From NCBI GenBank assembly GCA_030390025.1, contig CM059427.1, forward strand, positions 3,720,001-3,784,000: a stretch of 64,000 nucleotides of DNA. Reading direction: 5' to 3'. Of the stretch, positions 37,201 to 49,989 are shown one piece after another. Origin of the DNA: Squalus acanthias. Its lineage: Eukaryota. Each line of letters starts with the position of its first letter. Within the stretch, counting starts at the first letter, position 1. The notes under the pieces are model-generated. The model did no database searches, was not told where the DNA came from, and saw only the letters and a program-made list of their open reading frames with translations. The translations under genes and the position numbers were made by a program.

Positions 37201-39191
37201 TAAACTAATTCAATTTTGCAGGATTGTTAAAAAAAGAATATGCTGATGATGGCGCTTGTATTACAATACATTGCAAGAGTTATTAAAATATTTATAGTTC
37301 CCAGAAACCATCTCCCTTCAAGAAGTGCAAGTATACCTATTTCTATGTTTCCAACCTCCTACAGCCAACATCCCCAGCAGGTTATTTACTTTTATGGCAC
37401 AATACACACCCTATTTACCTTTCTTTGTTTCCCTTGTGTCTAAGCTAGAAATGTTTAATTAATCATATCAACATGACATATTTCCACATTAAAAATGCTA
37501 CTCATTTCCCCTGAAGGAACTGAGTACAATTTGAACAAACTAGAATGACTGAAGATAGGCTTGTACTTAATTCAGAACCTACTGCTTGTTAGAAGGATGG
37601 GGACCTTTTCGTAGTTGCATGTCCCAGATCAATATGGTCTTAATGAAATGAAGTAACTACCAGAAGTGTCAGAAATAATTCTTTTGGGGATCTATGTGCT
37701 TTAAGTTGAACTGGAGTGCAGTGAGGACTAGGAAAACAGAAACTGATTACATGAAATATGGAATAAGATTGATTGTGGTAAGTTACAAATGACTGATTTG
37801 CTAGGTTCAGGAAACAAGTGGCTTAAGTTTAGGCTAGAATGTCTTTTGATCCAGGTTTCAGTGTTGTGCAGCTAACTTAGTAGGTTTAATGATTTGTTGG
37901 TATTTCCAAAAGCTTCTCTCAGCAATACATTGCTAGATAAACATTTATGGAAAATAAACCAGCACAAGTGGTATTGGTTGCCTTGTGATGCTTTCTATTT
38001 GTACAATGCCTCTGCACTACTTTAAGTAATTTTTTTGAAGTATCTTAATTTTGTGTGTCAGTTTTGCACCACACTTGGGTGCACAGTTACTGCAAGGTAT
38101 GTATGAATCTCTACATATGACTGGTGTTCACATCAAATATTTTGGCATCTTGAGAAATCATGTCTATTCTTCTGTGATGCAAAGCAGAAACCATAAGGTG
38201 CTGGGCACTGGTGCATATTGTAGAAGTAACATTTTTTCCAGAACTGATCATTTCCTAAACTGGAGTTTAATTTGTGTTAAGAATGATGGAAGTGATTGTC
38301 TGACTGTTCATATCAATGAATATTTATAAGCTCAATGTGATTGCATTTCTGTTTGGCAGTGTTTAGTAATTTGATTTGCTTTAATTATGGTAAGTAAAGG
38401 TCAAATAGCTGCGTCAATGTAATGTTACTGCCCAGTTTCCCCTTTCAGTTAAACCTGTGTGCATCTGCGATGTGTGCAGATCTCTGATATATGCAAATTA
38501 TCTCCAGGTCCCTATTCCTCTGTCGTAATATACACTTTGCCTCTTAATAGGAAATCTGATTATAGCTGACATTTTTGTCCTATAATCTACAGCATATAAC
38601 AAAGATCCACTGTATATATATCAGTTTGTATAAAAAGTGTCCCCTTGTGAGGGCGTTTCTTTCTGATAGTTCAGTTCCTGGTGCTACAAAATTGTGCTTG
38701 CCTGTAGTAATTACATTTTCATTGTACCATTGCCAAAGCTTTTCAGTAAGGATTTCAATTTTTTGTCATAAGTTAATGCTAAAAATATATTATACCAGAA
38801 GTGATTAAGAAAGTAATTGCATCATCTGATTGCTCACTGCATCATTGCATATTTTGTGTCTAAGCATGTTTCTCAGTGCTGACATCGCTGTATAATATTT
38901 GAGCCCCCAAAGCCTTTCTGGAATACTAATGAATTTCCAGTGGTGTTGCCCACAGTACATAGGTTTTTCATATATATAAAATGGTGATGGAGTTGGGACC
39001 AAATCTTCAGAAACTCGGTCCACAGAGCCACCCAGTGGACACGGACTACACCGTGACAGTTGATGTAGCAAAATCAAATGTGAAATGTTGACATAGCAAT
39101 TTACAATGGTAAAAGTTGACAGAAAACCATGACCAAAATTCATGAAAACAAGAAGTACGTTTTGTGGACTGACAGAAAATTTTTAATAATA

Positions 39192-39586
39192 TGTAGATTA
39201 CGTATGTAAGGATAGGCGCTTATAGATTAGTAAATAGAATGAGCTAGTTGGCATTATATAGAATTATATAATATTGAGCTAGTGTACTTAGGTTAAAACA
39301 CACTTCAGAAAGACACATAGATGTAGCAGACAGACTTTTAGCACAACAGGGGGAAACTTCTATCTAGTCTTGCTGAGGCTAGTATAAGCAGCCAAGATGA
39401 CATGCTTGCAATCTCCTGAAGGAGTTCTTGGTATGTGAGTATAATTCGTACCTATATTTCGTATACACTGCATGTAAGGGGTTGTGTATTATTATCTCAT
39501 TGACTGGATTTAATAAAGAGTATTAACCAGACTTTTCAGTGTTTCCTAATCCTTGAACTTGTCTTAGAGGTAAAGGACGTATGACA
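39192..39586 (+). mobile_element. Possible solo LTR
   Basis: TGTA...GACA ends, TATA-like GTATAAG (~39382) and AATAAA (~39513); TSD not clean. Confidence 0.25.
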
Positions 39587-41174
39587 ATATCCTATAATAC
39601 CTCCACATAATGGCAATAGGGATATATGACAATATTCTATATAAACCCAACAATGCGCAACAGGAAAGGCGTTGCAGGTTCATCAATCCCCACTGCAGAC
39701 ATTCTAGTTTTAGTCAAAACATGTAAGCTGTTTCTCAGTGGGGTGCCTTAATGCTTTACTGTTGCATTGCTCTAAATGAAGAGTTTCTGCAAAAGTGGTG
39801 ATGTAATTCCAAAGTCGGGTCCCCTCTGATTCTGGAGTGTATGGATTGAAACTCCAGTGTGGTGTCCAGCCGAGTTTAAAAAGTGCTGAGGGATTCCGTT
39901 TACCTGTGCATATTATAAACTGAAGGGGAAGGTTTTTTTTAATGCTTTGAGAGTTTGGGAGCACCTGCCCACTTTCAAAACTTTTCAACTTTAATTTCTG
40001 GCAGCAGAGCCATGCATATACGTGTAACCACGCCTGCACACGGTGCTACTGGCAGCACCAATGTTGATTTATAGCCATGCATAGTCCACAGTAGAACTCC
40101 GATGCTCCCACTGCAACTATCAATCCCAGACCATTAATGTCGTAAAACTGCAGTCCGTGTCTCCGTGAAAGTGAACAGAATTTCAGACAGATTAACTTTG
40201 CAAAAGACTTTCTGGGAGTTTGGGACTTGTTACTTCATTGGGAACACATCAGCTATAGTTTCAATATCATGTGTTTCAGTGACCAATGAACATGAGTGCC
40301 TTTTTGACTGGTCGGTGTGATATTAATCACTGTCACTCAGAGTCATGCATCGGACAATTTTAGAGAAAGCACAAGTTCGTACCCATATTGCAGAAAGTCT
40401 TCAGGCTTCTGTGGGATACAGAAAAGTTGATCTATAATCCAGGATGTCAGTAATTGTAGGAGTTTTGCATTGTCTGGCAGTTAAATTGGTTTGGTAAACG
40501 TGTCTTGTTCTTTCATTCCCACAAAACCTCACTTCCAACAGACCTCATCATAATATGTAATTAAGCACAAATAGGCAGTTCTAAAAAAAATAAGAATTGT
40601 TACAGAGAATTATGGCCCTTATTGTTGAATCTTAGTGTTACAGCAAAGAAACAGCCCATTCAGCCTATTAAGTCTGTGAACTGTTTTTCTTTCCATGAGC
40701 CACCGAGAGTGCATTCACACTGCAACATTAACCTTGATCATTACTTCAAAGTAAACCAAGAACGTCTGACCAGATGACATTAATAGAAATGAATGAGAAG
40801 TAAATTTTGAACAGACACTAGGAAAAACGTCTTTACTCAAAAAATGATAAATTGTATTATTTAAAATACAATTGGTTATCATGTTGGGGAATCAATGTAC
40901 TAGAGGGACGAGCTAAATAGCCCTTTTCATTCTTTGACTTTTCTTAAATTCTTAATGAAACTAAGTTTCTGTAGACAACAAGGCAGGGTTATTTAATACT
41001 TTATTATATATCAACTTATTGTTTTTAAAATTCTCAAATTCTAAGTCTAAAAAAATGTTCAAATGAAAGCATGTGTGTGGCACTAATCAGGGCTTGGCAT
41101 TAACTGGAAAGAATCATTTTCCCCTCCACAAGAATGTACTTCTATGAATTTACCAAGGTGGGTGACAAGTTTTT

Positions 41175-41603
41175 TTAATCGTTTATGGGTTCAGGGCGTC
41201 GCTGGCGAGGCCAGCATTTATTGCCCATCCCTAGTTGCCCTTGAGAAGGTGGTGGTGAGCTGCCTTCTTGAACCGTTGCAGTCTGTGTGGTGATGGTACT
41301 CCCACAGCACTGTTAGGTAGGGAGTTCCAGGATTTTGACCCAGCGACGATGTAGGATCGGCGATACACTTCTAAGTCAGGATGGTGTGTGACTTGGAGGG
41401 GAACTTGGAGGTGGTGGCATTCCCATGCGCCTGCGGCCCTTGTCCTTCTAGGTGGAAGAGGTAACTGGTTTGGGAGGTGCTGCTGAACAAGCCTTGGTGA
41501 GTAGCTGCACTACATCTTGTAGATGGTACACACTGCAGCCACGGTACGCTGGTGGTGGAGGGAGTGAATGTTTAAGGTGGTGGATGGGGTGCCAATCAAG
41601 CAG
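41175..41603 (-). mobile_element. CR1-group LINE 3' end (family of 18071-18600)
   Basis: Reverse-complement homology to ~18170-18600. Confidence 0.85.
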
Positions 41604-42005
41604 GCCAATCAAGTTGTGCCTACAAGTCATTCAAAATGTCTGTCAAATGATGTTTGAGGGCCCTGCAACGAGTTCTCTGTTATACAAACGCATGGGGAGT
41701 AATTCCAAGGAACTGGCACATCAGCTGCTTTTGAATCAACCCTTACGGACATGTCCGTTTTATTTACACGCTTTCTGCACGCGGTGCACCTTGAAGAATA
41801 CATGTCGGTGGCGAGTGAGGTAAATAACGATGCAGGCGGGCTTGGCAAACTCCTTTGAAGTGGCAATGAGTGCTGTTTATTTGACTGACTCCGGGTTTGG
41901 GGGGGGGGGGGGGGCGCCCTCTTTTGTTTCCGAATAACTTGCAGCAACCGCGCCCGCTGCTCGCCGCCTCGCCTCGCCCCACAGCCGAGTGCAGAGGCTG
42001 CGCAG

Positions 42006-42407
42006 TGCGGCGCCTCGTGGCCCGTCACCCCAGCCAGCGCCCAGCCCGGAGCGCGTGCGGCGCCTCCTGGCCCGTCACCCCAGCCAGCGCCCAGCCCGGA
42101 GCGCGTGCGGCGCCTCGGGCCCGTCACCCCAGCCAGCGCCCAGCCCGGAGCGCGTGCGGCGCCTCGGGCCCGTCACCCCAGCCAGCGCCCAGCCCGGAGC
42201 GCGTGCGGCGCCTCGGGCCCGTCACCCCAGCCAGCGCCCAGCCCGGAGCGCGTGCGGCGCCTCGGGCCCGTCACCCCAGCCAGCGCCCAGCCCGGAGCGC
42301 GTGCGGCGCCTCGGGCCCGTCACCCCAGCCAGCGCCCAGCCCGGAGCGCGTGTGGCGCCTCGGGCCCGTCACCCCAGCCAGCGCCCAGCCCGGAGCGCGT
42401 GCGGCGG
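42006..42407. repeat. 49-bp GC/CpG-rich minisatellite (~8 units)
   Basis: Unit TGCGGCGCCTCGGGCCCGTCACCCCAGCCAGCGCCCAGCCCGGAGCGCG; first two units are 50 bp. Confidence 0.95.
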
Positions 42408-44064
42408 AGTAACCCGCTTTCCAGCGCGCGCCACAACACCTGGTTGCAGCCTGACGCTGCTCGACAGCTGCATTGCATCTCAGCAAAACACCCCAATAAA
42501 TCTCACCGAGATACTGGGTATCACAGAGAATTGTATATATATTGGCACTAATGAAGTCACCGCGGATAGTGACCTGCTCTTCATTTCCATTGTATCCCTG
42601 ACATTGAAACACTTTGTTAATGATCCAACCATTAAGAGTAATCATTTGAAGACTGTGACCAGCTTTGCATCGCCAAGGTCACTGGTCCCTAGTATCCAAA
42701 GCGAAGACTCACAAATTGACAAATATGGCGTCTTATATGGCGTTAAGGATTGGCCAGGTGATTTGGAGCCAATAGGTCAGGTGTAAAGTTTTTGTGTTTA
42801 CTTTGCTTGATTTTGTACTTGAAGATTATTCAAAATGCAATGATGGCGGCTTTAATACGAAGATTGCTTCTAGAGCGACATGCAATATATCGAAATGAGG
42901 TGAGCATGAACAGAAGTTTGTGCATTTTGTACCTCCTGCAAGAAAGACGCGCCGCAATACTTAAACATTACACGCAACTTTCATCTCTCTCTTTAATTCT
43001 CATCGTTTTCCAGTTACTGGTAGCTGTTTTAATCTTTATTTTTTAAAACTTTCGTTCACACAAAGTTCAAAAGCCAGTACAAATAACATGAACTTCCCAT
43101 TCCGAGCGAATTGGTACAAAAGTAACTATCAAAGTGGCGCGCGTTCCAATCATTTCTGCTGGAAATTTAGGTTTAATTGTGTGTTTGGAGAGTGAAGCGA
43201 ATAAGTGGGACGATATTTACTTTCAAAGTTCTTTTTCACGCTTTGTTTATTGACTCAATTTAAGTAAGTCAAGCGCACGCAGCAGCGCAATTCCTTTTGG
43301 CAAAAATGTAAGAGAATTACAAATTATTGGAGCGTTTACAGGTGGCCCTGGCTGTCACTGCTGGGGCTCGGTGACAAATCGCAGAGATTTCACATCAGCA
43401 GCTCCCTGCACAGATTTATGTAAAATGTCCAGAGTGTTGTAATGTCTAGGATTTATTCATAAAGGCAATGCAATCACTTTGCATGCACTTCATGAAAACA
43501 CAACGTGAAACTGCTTGAACCATTGTAAGTAAACAGCAAGCGTTATAGCGACCGTTCGGCGACTATCTGTTAATAAAAAGGTTTTTACTGAGAGAAAAGG
43601 TGTCACCGAGAATGCTATACGTTTTGAGTTGTCTATGAAATAATGTAATCAAATATTTGGTACACTATGGTTATATTTCATAAAGAATGCTCTTTGCAAT
43701 AATGTATCAACAAGTGTAGCCAAGTGTGAAATAAAACAGGCCGGTGTTAAGGGTCAGATGACAAGTGTTAGGAACCTTTCCCAGCTGCTGTAACTAGGCA
43801 CTGCAGGAACTGGCCGTGCCCGCTAACTGCAGCTTCACCGTACTGATGGTGCCTGGCTGCAGACGTACAGTGCGAACATCCTTCAGGTGTTTGAAGGAAA
43901 GCGACGGAGTATCAGCCAGTAATTCAGCCGCATTTTTGTGCTTGGTGTCGAATGAGTTAGTTTTAAGAGACGTACAAACTGAATAGCTTCTAAGGCCGTC
44001 GAGAATGGTGATAGAAGTCTACATGAATAACTATACATAGACATATCTATCGATAGAAAGATCA

Positions 44065-44300
44065 GAGACATTGAATTTTACAGCACCGAAGGAGGCCATT
44101 TGGCCCAACTCGCCTATAGGGCTTTCTAAATGAGTTGTCCATTTAGTCCTATCCCCATGCCATTTCCCCATACCCTGTCTCCTTTTTCAAATATGTATCC
44201 TCTTCTCTTTAAACCTATTGTGGATTCTATATCCATCATTTTTTCTGGTAGGGTCGGCCCTGACCTAGTGAACCACTTAACAATTCTCCAAACCTCTTCC
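44065..44300 (-). mobile_element. Decayed CR1 3' end
   Basis: ACAGCACCGAAGGAGGCCATTTGGCCCA is the reverse complement of the CR1 tail. Confidence 0.6.
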
Positions 44301-44314
44301 TTTGGTTCTTTTGT

Positions 44315-44462
44315 GAGAAGTCGCACAACACCAGGTTATAGTCCAACAGCTTTATTTGAAATCACAAGCTTTCGGAGCGCGGCTCCTCCGTCAGGTGAAG
44401 TCACCTTGTGATTTCAAATAAAGCTGTTGGACTATAACCTGGTGTTGTGCGACTTCTCACAT
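44315..44462. mobile_element. PLE family A short inverted insertion (56-bp arms, hammerhead core in the loop on the minus strand)
   Basis: Arms 44313-44368 and 44405-44460; TSD TTTGGTTCTTTTGT at 44301-44314 and 44463-44476; hammerhead 44362-44398 has the core variant CTGACGG. Confidence 0.88.
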
Positions 44463-45297
44463 TTTGGTTCTTTTGTTAATAATCTTAAATTGTCTTGTCT
44501 TTTACTTACTGCCTCGCCCCCCGAGAAAATAGTTCCCTCTGTTTATGTTACCAAAACCGCTCCCATAGATAGATAGAAACAAAACGCATTAACAAGTACC
44601 AATAAATTGTGTAGTTCTATTTTAAGAAAAAGTGACCTGGTCCGCTGTAAAGGTATTTCGTTCCACTGAAGCATCGCCCGAGTCACCGAGCTAAAGGTGA
44701 AACTGGTCCCCAGTCCGGCTGACACTCACACTTCTCTCAGGATATGTGTCATTGTATAAGAAAAAAGACCGAAAGTCCCCGTTTTGCTTTTAACGGGACC
44801 AAAATAAAGGATTATTTAAAGCCAATCCATTATTAAAGCGTGTTCGGTACAGAAACGTGTCGATGAGAGAAGCAGAATGAGGCAGTTCGGGTTGGTCGGA
44901 ACAATGTTCTTACTCTGTGTTCTGTATAGGATTTAATTGGTGCTTAATTAACAAGAACCCCCCGAATGAATGAATTGTGCAAGTGCCGTTTACCACTAGT
45001 TTAGATCAGAATAAAGAATGCAGACATGGTCCGTCAGCATTAGGGATTCGTTCGGAGGACAGAATGGTAAAGCTGACTTGGCTGGTTTTGGGCGGGGCGG
45101 GGCGGGGGGGGGGGGTGGTTATGGTGGTGTCACACCTCTTGAGAGGAAGACTTCTTTGAAATCCGAAGGTGTCATTTGCCCATCTTTGAATCTGGTGTAA
45201 TTCACGTCCTGCGCCCTGTAGCCACCCCCCCCCCCCACCCCCGCCCATTACCTGAGCTATGCTTTCGCCAAGGTGATGCCACATGGAATTAGATCAA

Positions 45298-45402
45298 TAC
45301 TGCAGGGCTCTGGGGAAAGGGCAGGGGAGTGGGACTAATTGGATCGCTCTTTCAAAGAGCCGGGCACAGGCACGATGGGTCCGTGCTGTACCATTCTCTG
45401 AT
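45298..45402 (+). mobile_element. CR1 3' tail fragment
   Basis: GGGGAAAGGGCAGGGGAGTGGGACTAATTGGATCGCTCTTTCAAAGAGCCGG matches 25806-25860. Confidence 0.75.
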
Positions 45403-48400
45403 GTCTCCCATCATTGTACCCGATCCCATTAAAAAACAGGGATCAATTCACGCAGTTCTTGGTTGAAGCCAGAAGCGATCCCATAACAGAAACGGTTACA
45501 AGTGTTGGCATTGCGGTACTTCAGGGCTTCCGTTTCAGTTCTGAGGTTTCGACTAAGTACAGGGCGAATAGCTGGCGATAATTGAAAACGAACGGAATTA
45601 AACGCTAACCCCCGCCTCTTGGATGTTGTGTAAAGTCTGCTGTAAATCCCAACTAAGTGGGCATTTTCACACCGATGAAACCTTTCAGTGCTGTGCACAG
45701 CACCGATTACTGATAGGCCCGCACTGTGTTGTGCGGGGACAGCTATTTGGTCATGATCGCCTATACCACAGTAAATGCATCATGTAGTTGAGATTCTTTT
45801 TTTTTAATCCGCGGTTTAACCGGAGTTAACAGCACTCCGCAATCTCAACCCACAGCGGAGCGAACACCTCGCTGGCCAAGAGTCAGCGGCCGGCCAGAGA
45901 TGGTTTGCGAATAGTTGCAAAATGCATCATTTAAGGCGTTTTAATCCCTACCTAACACGGTACAATTCATAAAGACGGAAAAAATACAGGTTTAATTAGT
46001 TATCGATTAGCCTTTATCACTTTAACAAAAAGTAAACGATTCACATCCAACAATTGAATTATTAGGTGTCGTGTTTTATAGAAAATTACTAATAAAAAGA
46101 TTCGTTGAGGATTTTGTTTTACTTTGCAAGCTTTACTTTAATGCCACACAACATTATTTCAAATCAAGTACTGAAGATCAGTTTGCTATGAGAGTGTAAA
46201 ACTCGCTCGGGACCCTCCGCTTGCCATTTACCCCTGACAAGGGATCCTCTTCATATTCTGCACATATACTGAGGCACCGTTGTATTCCTGGGAAATCACA
46301 TACCCACCGTGCAAAGAACAAGCAGCAGTTGTTCACGAAGATAAGACAAGAAGTTTGAAATGTTTTGCTTTACCAAATGTACCGCAAACGTTCCCATGTG
46401 GCATTCGGGAGCTGTAATGATTTCTTCTGTTTTGGGGCGGATGTTCTGTCTGACTTGATCCTTTCGGAATATCGATTTCAAACAAAGCTGCTGCTTTCAG
46501 AACGGCTCGGGGAAGCCTTGAACCCTGGGGTTCTGCTCGGAGTGTCCCAAGCGCGGCTTTAAACCTAGATTGGTCTGGTTGTAAATAGGTTAACTCGTGA
46601 ATTTTGTTAAGATCCATTTTCAAATTGTGATTATATCTGTTGTTTGGGGGAGGGGGGGGGTACATTAGTAAAAAGAAAACAAGCTAGAACTTGGAGTTCT
46701 GGAAAATAAAGAACCGCGAGCAAACGGAATAAAGGCTTGGTAAATAAATCTCAAGGTGTCTGCCGCAGAACGACACTCCAAGCAAACATTAATCCTTTCT
46801 ATAGATCGGTGTTTATTTGTTTAATACAAATATTTTAGACTCGTTAAGACGTCAGAACAATTCGCTTTGAAAAGTATAATGCCCTGACTTTTTATGTGCT
46901 TTGAATCAATCTACAAAAGTAAGTGGCGGTGTTTTATCGAGTTGGTCAATAGCAGCACTCTCCATCGGCACAAGCTACAGCACTGGGAGATTCCTCTCAA
47001 CCGGTACAGATCGTTTGCAATTGGATTCCTGCAGTTTGGGGACATGGGGAGCATATATCACTGTAAAAAAGGGAAGTTTCTGTTGTATAAATCCGATTGC
47101 TGGATGATTGAAAGGGCTACACTTGTGAACTACCCAGGCCGCTTGTTTCAGTCGAGTCTCCTGTCAAGGTGCAGCGCGGCTGTTGGAGGACCCCCGCTTT
47201 GTAATGGGATTACACTTACAGAGCGAATTGTTCTGAAGTCTTGACGGGTCTAAAATACTTTTATTAAACAAATACACTAAAGTATGAAACCATTCCAATG
47301 AAACTTTATACCCGATGGTAGAAAATTCTAATTGTGCCAGGAACTCAGTGATCGTATTTTCCCAGCCTCGTGTGCCAGAGAGGCACCGCCAGAAGTGTAA
47401 CCAGATTACACTTTCGATTTTAAAGGCTTTTGCACATGTAAAAGATTCTACTGGAAACGGCGAAGGTACAGCACTTGAACTAGTAGATGTGGATTACATT
47501 GTATTCCCATAACACAGACAAGCTGTTTCATTTACCACTGCTGTTAACTTCAGTCCAGCACGACAGCTCAAACACAGCCGCTGGCTTCAGTATACACTGA
47601 CTGGATAGATCCTCATACAGTTGGGAGTTTGGCATTGTGTGTTTAGTATGAACCATTATTCCGCGCAGTTAACGCAGGTTGCCATTATATTTGCATTATT
47701 TGGTCGACAACCAGCGAATTTACTGCTATTCAATCAAACATTTTTATATACGGTGCCATAAGCGTTTATATATTCCAAAATGCTGAAGAAAATCATAGTG
47801 TCTGGATGGTACATTTCACGGGGATGCCTGTTTGTGGTGTAAGGGAGATTTGCCCCGAGTCCCGGGCAGGTAACCATCGACTTCCTTTTCTCACTGTGCT
47901 ACAGGTGTGCGAGTGAAGGAGCTGCGTGTCTTTGAGAGACTTTACCCGAGACAAGCTTTCGTTTCCAAATAAATAAGAACTACGACCTGGAAGCGTGTGG
48001 CTTTCACATTGATCGTTACACAAATGTCTCAGTATATACTAAATGTTGTTAAACGACACATCTGTTTTTCTCTGGGTGGTGGTGGTTGGGGGGGGGGGGG
48101 GGGGGGGCGGTGGAGGTTGGAGGAACGAAATGTTAGCGATTATTGCTGAATACTAATTCTCCCCTCTGGTCATAAATAAGACCATTGAAGTTTTCCAGTA
48201 AGCATTTATAAAAATAAGTACCAGGTCGGGTAATATTTTATGGCATATAATTAAGTTTAAATTCGGTGTAATTGGCCGTTTATATAAATATCCTCAGTCA
48301 TTCTTAAATAGCCGTGTGATTTATGAAAGTTACTAAAAAGATAATCGCTCCTTGACCAAGCCCGGTTGAGTAAAAGTGACGTCTTTGCCATTTCTGTGTG

Positions 48401-48877
48401 TGGCACAGTTTTCAGGATTATATTAATATTTTAAAGATCTATTTCGCTTGCGCGTTTCTTTGCCAGAACATATGATATCGTTTCTTTACTGAAAATAGCA
48501 AACGTTGTACTGAAAATAACTAGAAGACGGATGTTTTAGAATTACTGTCGCTCTCTGTTTTTTATTCGGTCATTGATTTCTCGTCCTGCTGAAATGTTTG
48601 ACACACAGTCATTCTCACTGATGGTTATGAACCAAACATGCCCATTCCCTTGTCACAGATGCCTGGGCTACAGATAAACCCGTGGGCACCTCAATATTCG
48701 CATGGTTTGGAAGACAGAAAAAAACTTCCAAACAGAAATGAGGAGAAACAAACTTGGTGCACAGACTTGGTAAATAGCAATAGTAAATGACAAAGCTTCC
48801 ACCGAAAAACCGCACAGCGAGTCGCGGCGCCACTGAACCGATAATTGGGAGATTGAGTTGAATTTGGTGCAGTTAAA

Positions 48878-48973
48878 TGTGTGTGTGTGTGTATATACAG
48901 TATATAAATGTGTGATATGTTTGTGTAGATAGACAGAGAGACAGACAGATGATAGATAGACTGACAGATAGGT

Positions 48974-49014
<41 letters not shown>
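48878..49014. repeat. (GT)n and (GATA)n microsatellites
   Basis: Direct inspection. Confidence 0.95.
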
Positions 49015-49015
<1 letters not shown>

Positions 49016-49970
49016 AAGCAGAACAATGCTTGTGCCCGTCAATAAACGAGAGAAGGGTGACACGGAGAGGCTTCTTTTTCTATTCATGTTTAAGTACTTC
49101 TGTTTTGTTTTGACATTCGACAGATGTGCTGCTTCCTCTAAGAATGTGGGTTTAGGACTCAATTATAGTATGACAGGTTTTGTTGTGGTATGATAGTGAT
49201 TACAGGGACAGTGCCAATTCTGTGCACACGCACAACTCCGAGTTCCAAACTCCACAGAACCCTTTATCGCCCGCTCCAATACCTACTGCCCAGGATTTAA
49301 TATTCTAAGACCGCGCATTTGGAAACTAATCAATGAAAATGACAAGGAAGCATTCGCATTGTTAATAATTTATTGTAACAACAGAAAAAAAATTGTTGCG
49401 AAAATGTCTGAAAATAATTTGACTGATTTTAAAGGAGTGTATTAATACAAAGCATTCTAATTATTCTAGAGGTAAAGTACACATGCATTATTTCAATAGA
49501 CTACAAGTTTGTCACCATTTATGTGACCAATGAACAGTTTTGTACCGAATGAGGCGTTTTGTCCACGAAGGTCGTGTTTTAACATTGGCAGAGGTAAGTC
49601 GAGCTCCCTTTTATTTATTTTTCATAACTTCATGTAACATGTAAATGCTAAGTCGTGCTTTTATAAAACATGCCTGAAAGTGTAATATTTGGTGCAAGAT
49701 ATGATTTCAAACTACCTTAACACCTTAAAAAAACATTGGTAATATGTTACAACCTTAGCCAGCTTTGCTGGCGGATCACCCAAACTTGGGAAAGCCACGC
49801 GTGATATTTTATACAACCCTATTTAGACTGAAGTGTATTTGTTAAGTTGAATTGAATGACTTAAAATAACACGTTTCACGATGGTAACACAACTGTTTCC
49901 CTTTTATGATTCTTGATTTATTTTAAAAAGTGTTTCTGACATTACTGTTAAAGTGCTGTAGTCACTGCAT

Positions 49971-49989
49971 GATCCACTAGATGGTGCTC
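49971..49989 (+). promoter_or_regulatory. Candidate CTCF site
   Basis: GATCCACTAGATGGTGCTC closely fits the CTCF core CCAC[CT]AG[AG][GT]GGCGC. Confidence 0.55.

Noticed and set aside
41897-42786. 265-aa and overlapping Arg/Pro/Ala-rich ORFs
   Set aside because: The stop-free 49-bp GC repeat opens all frames
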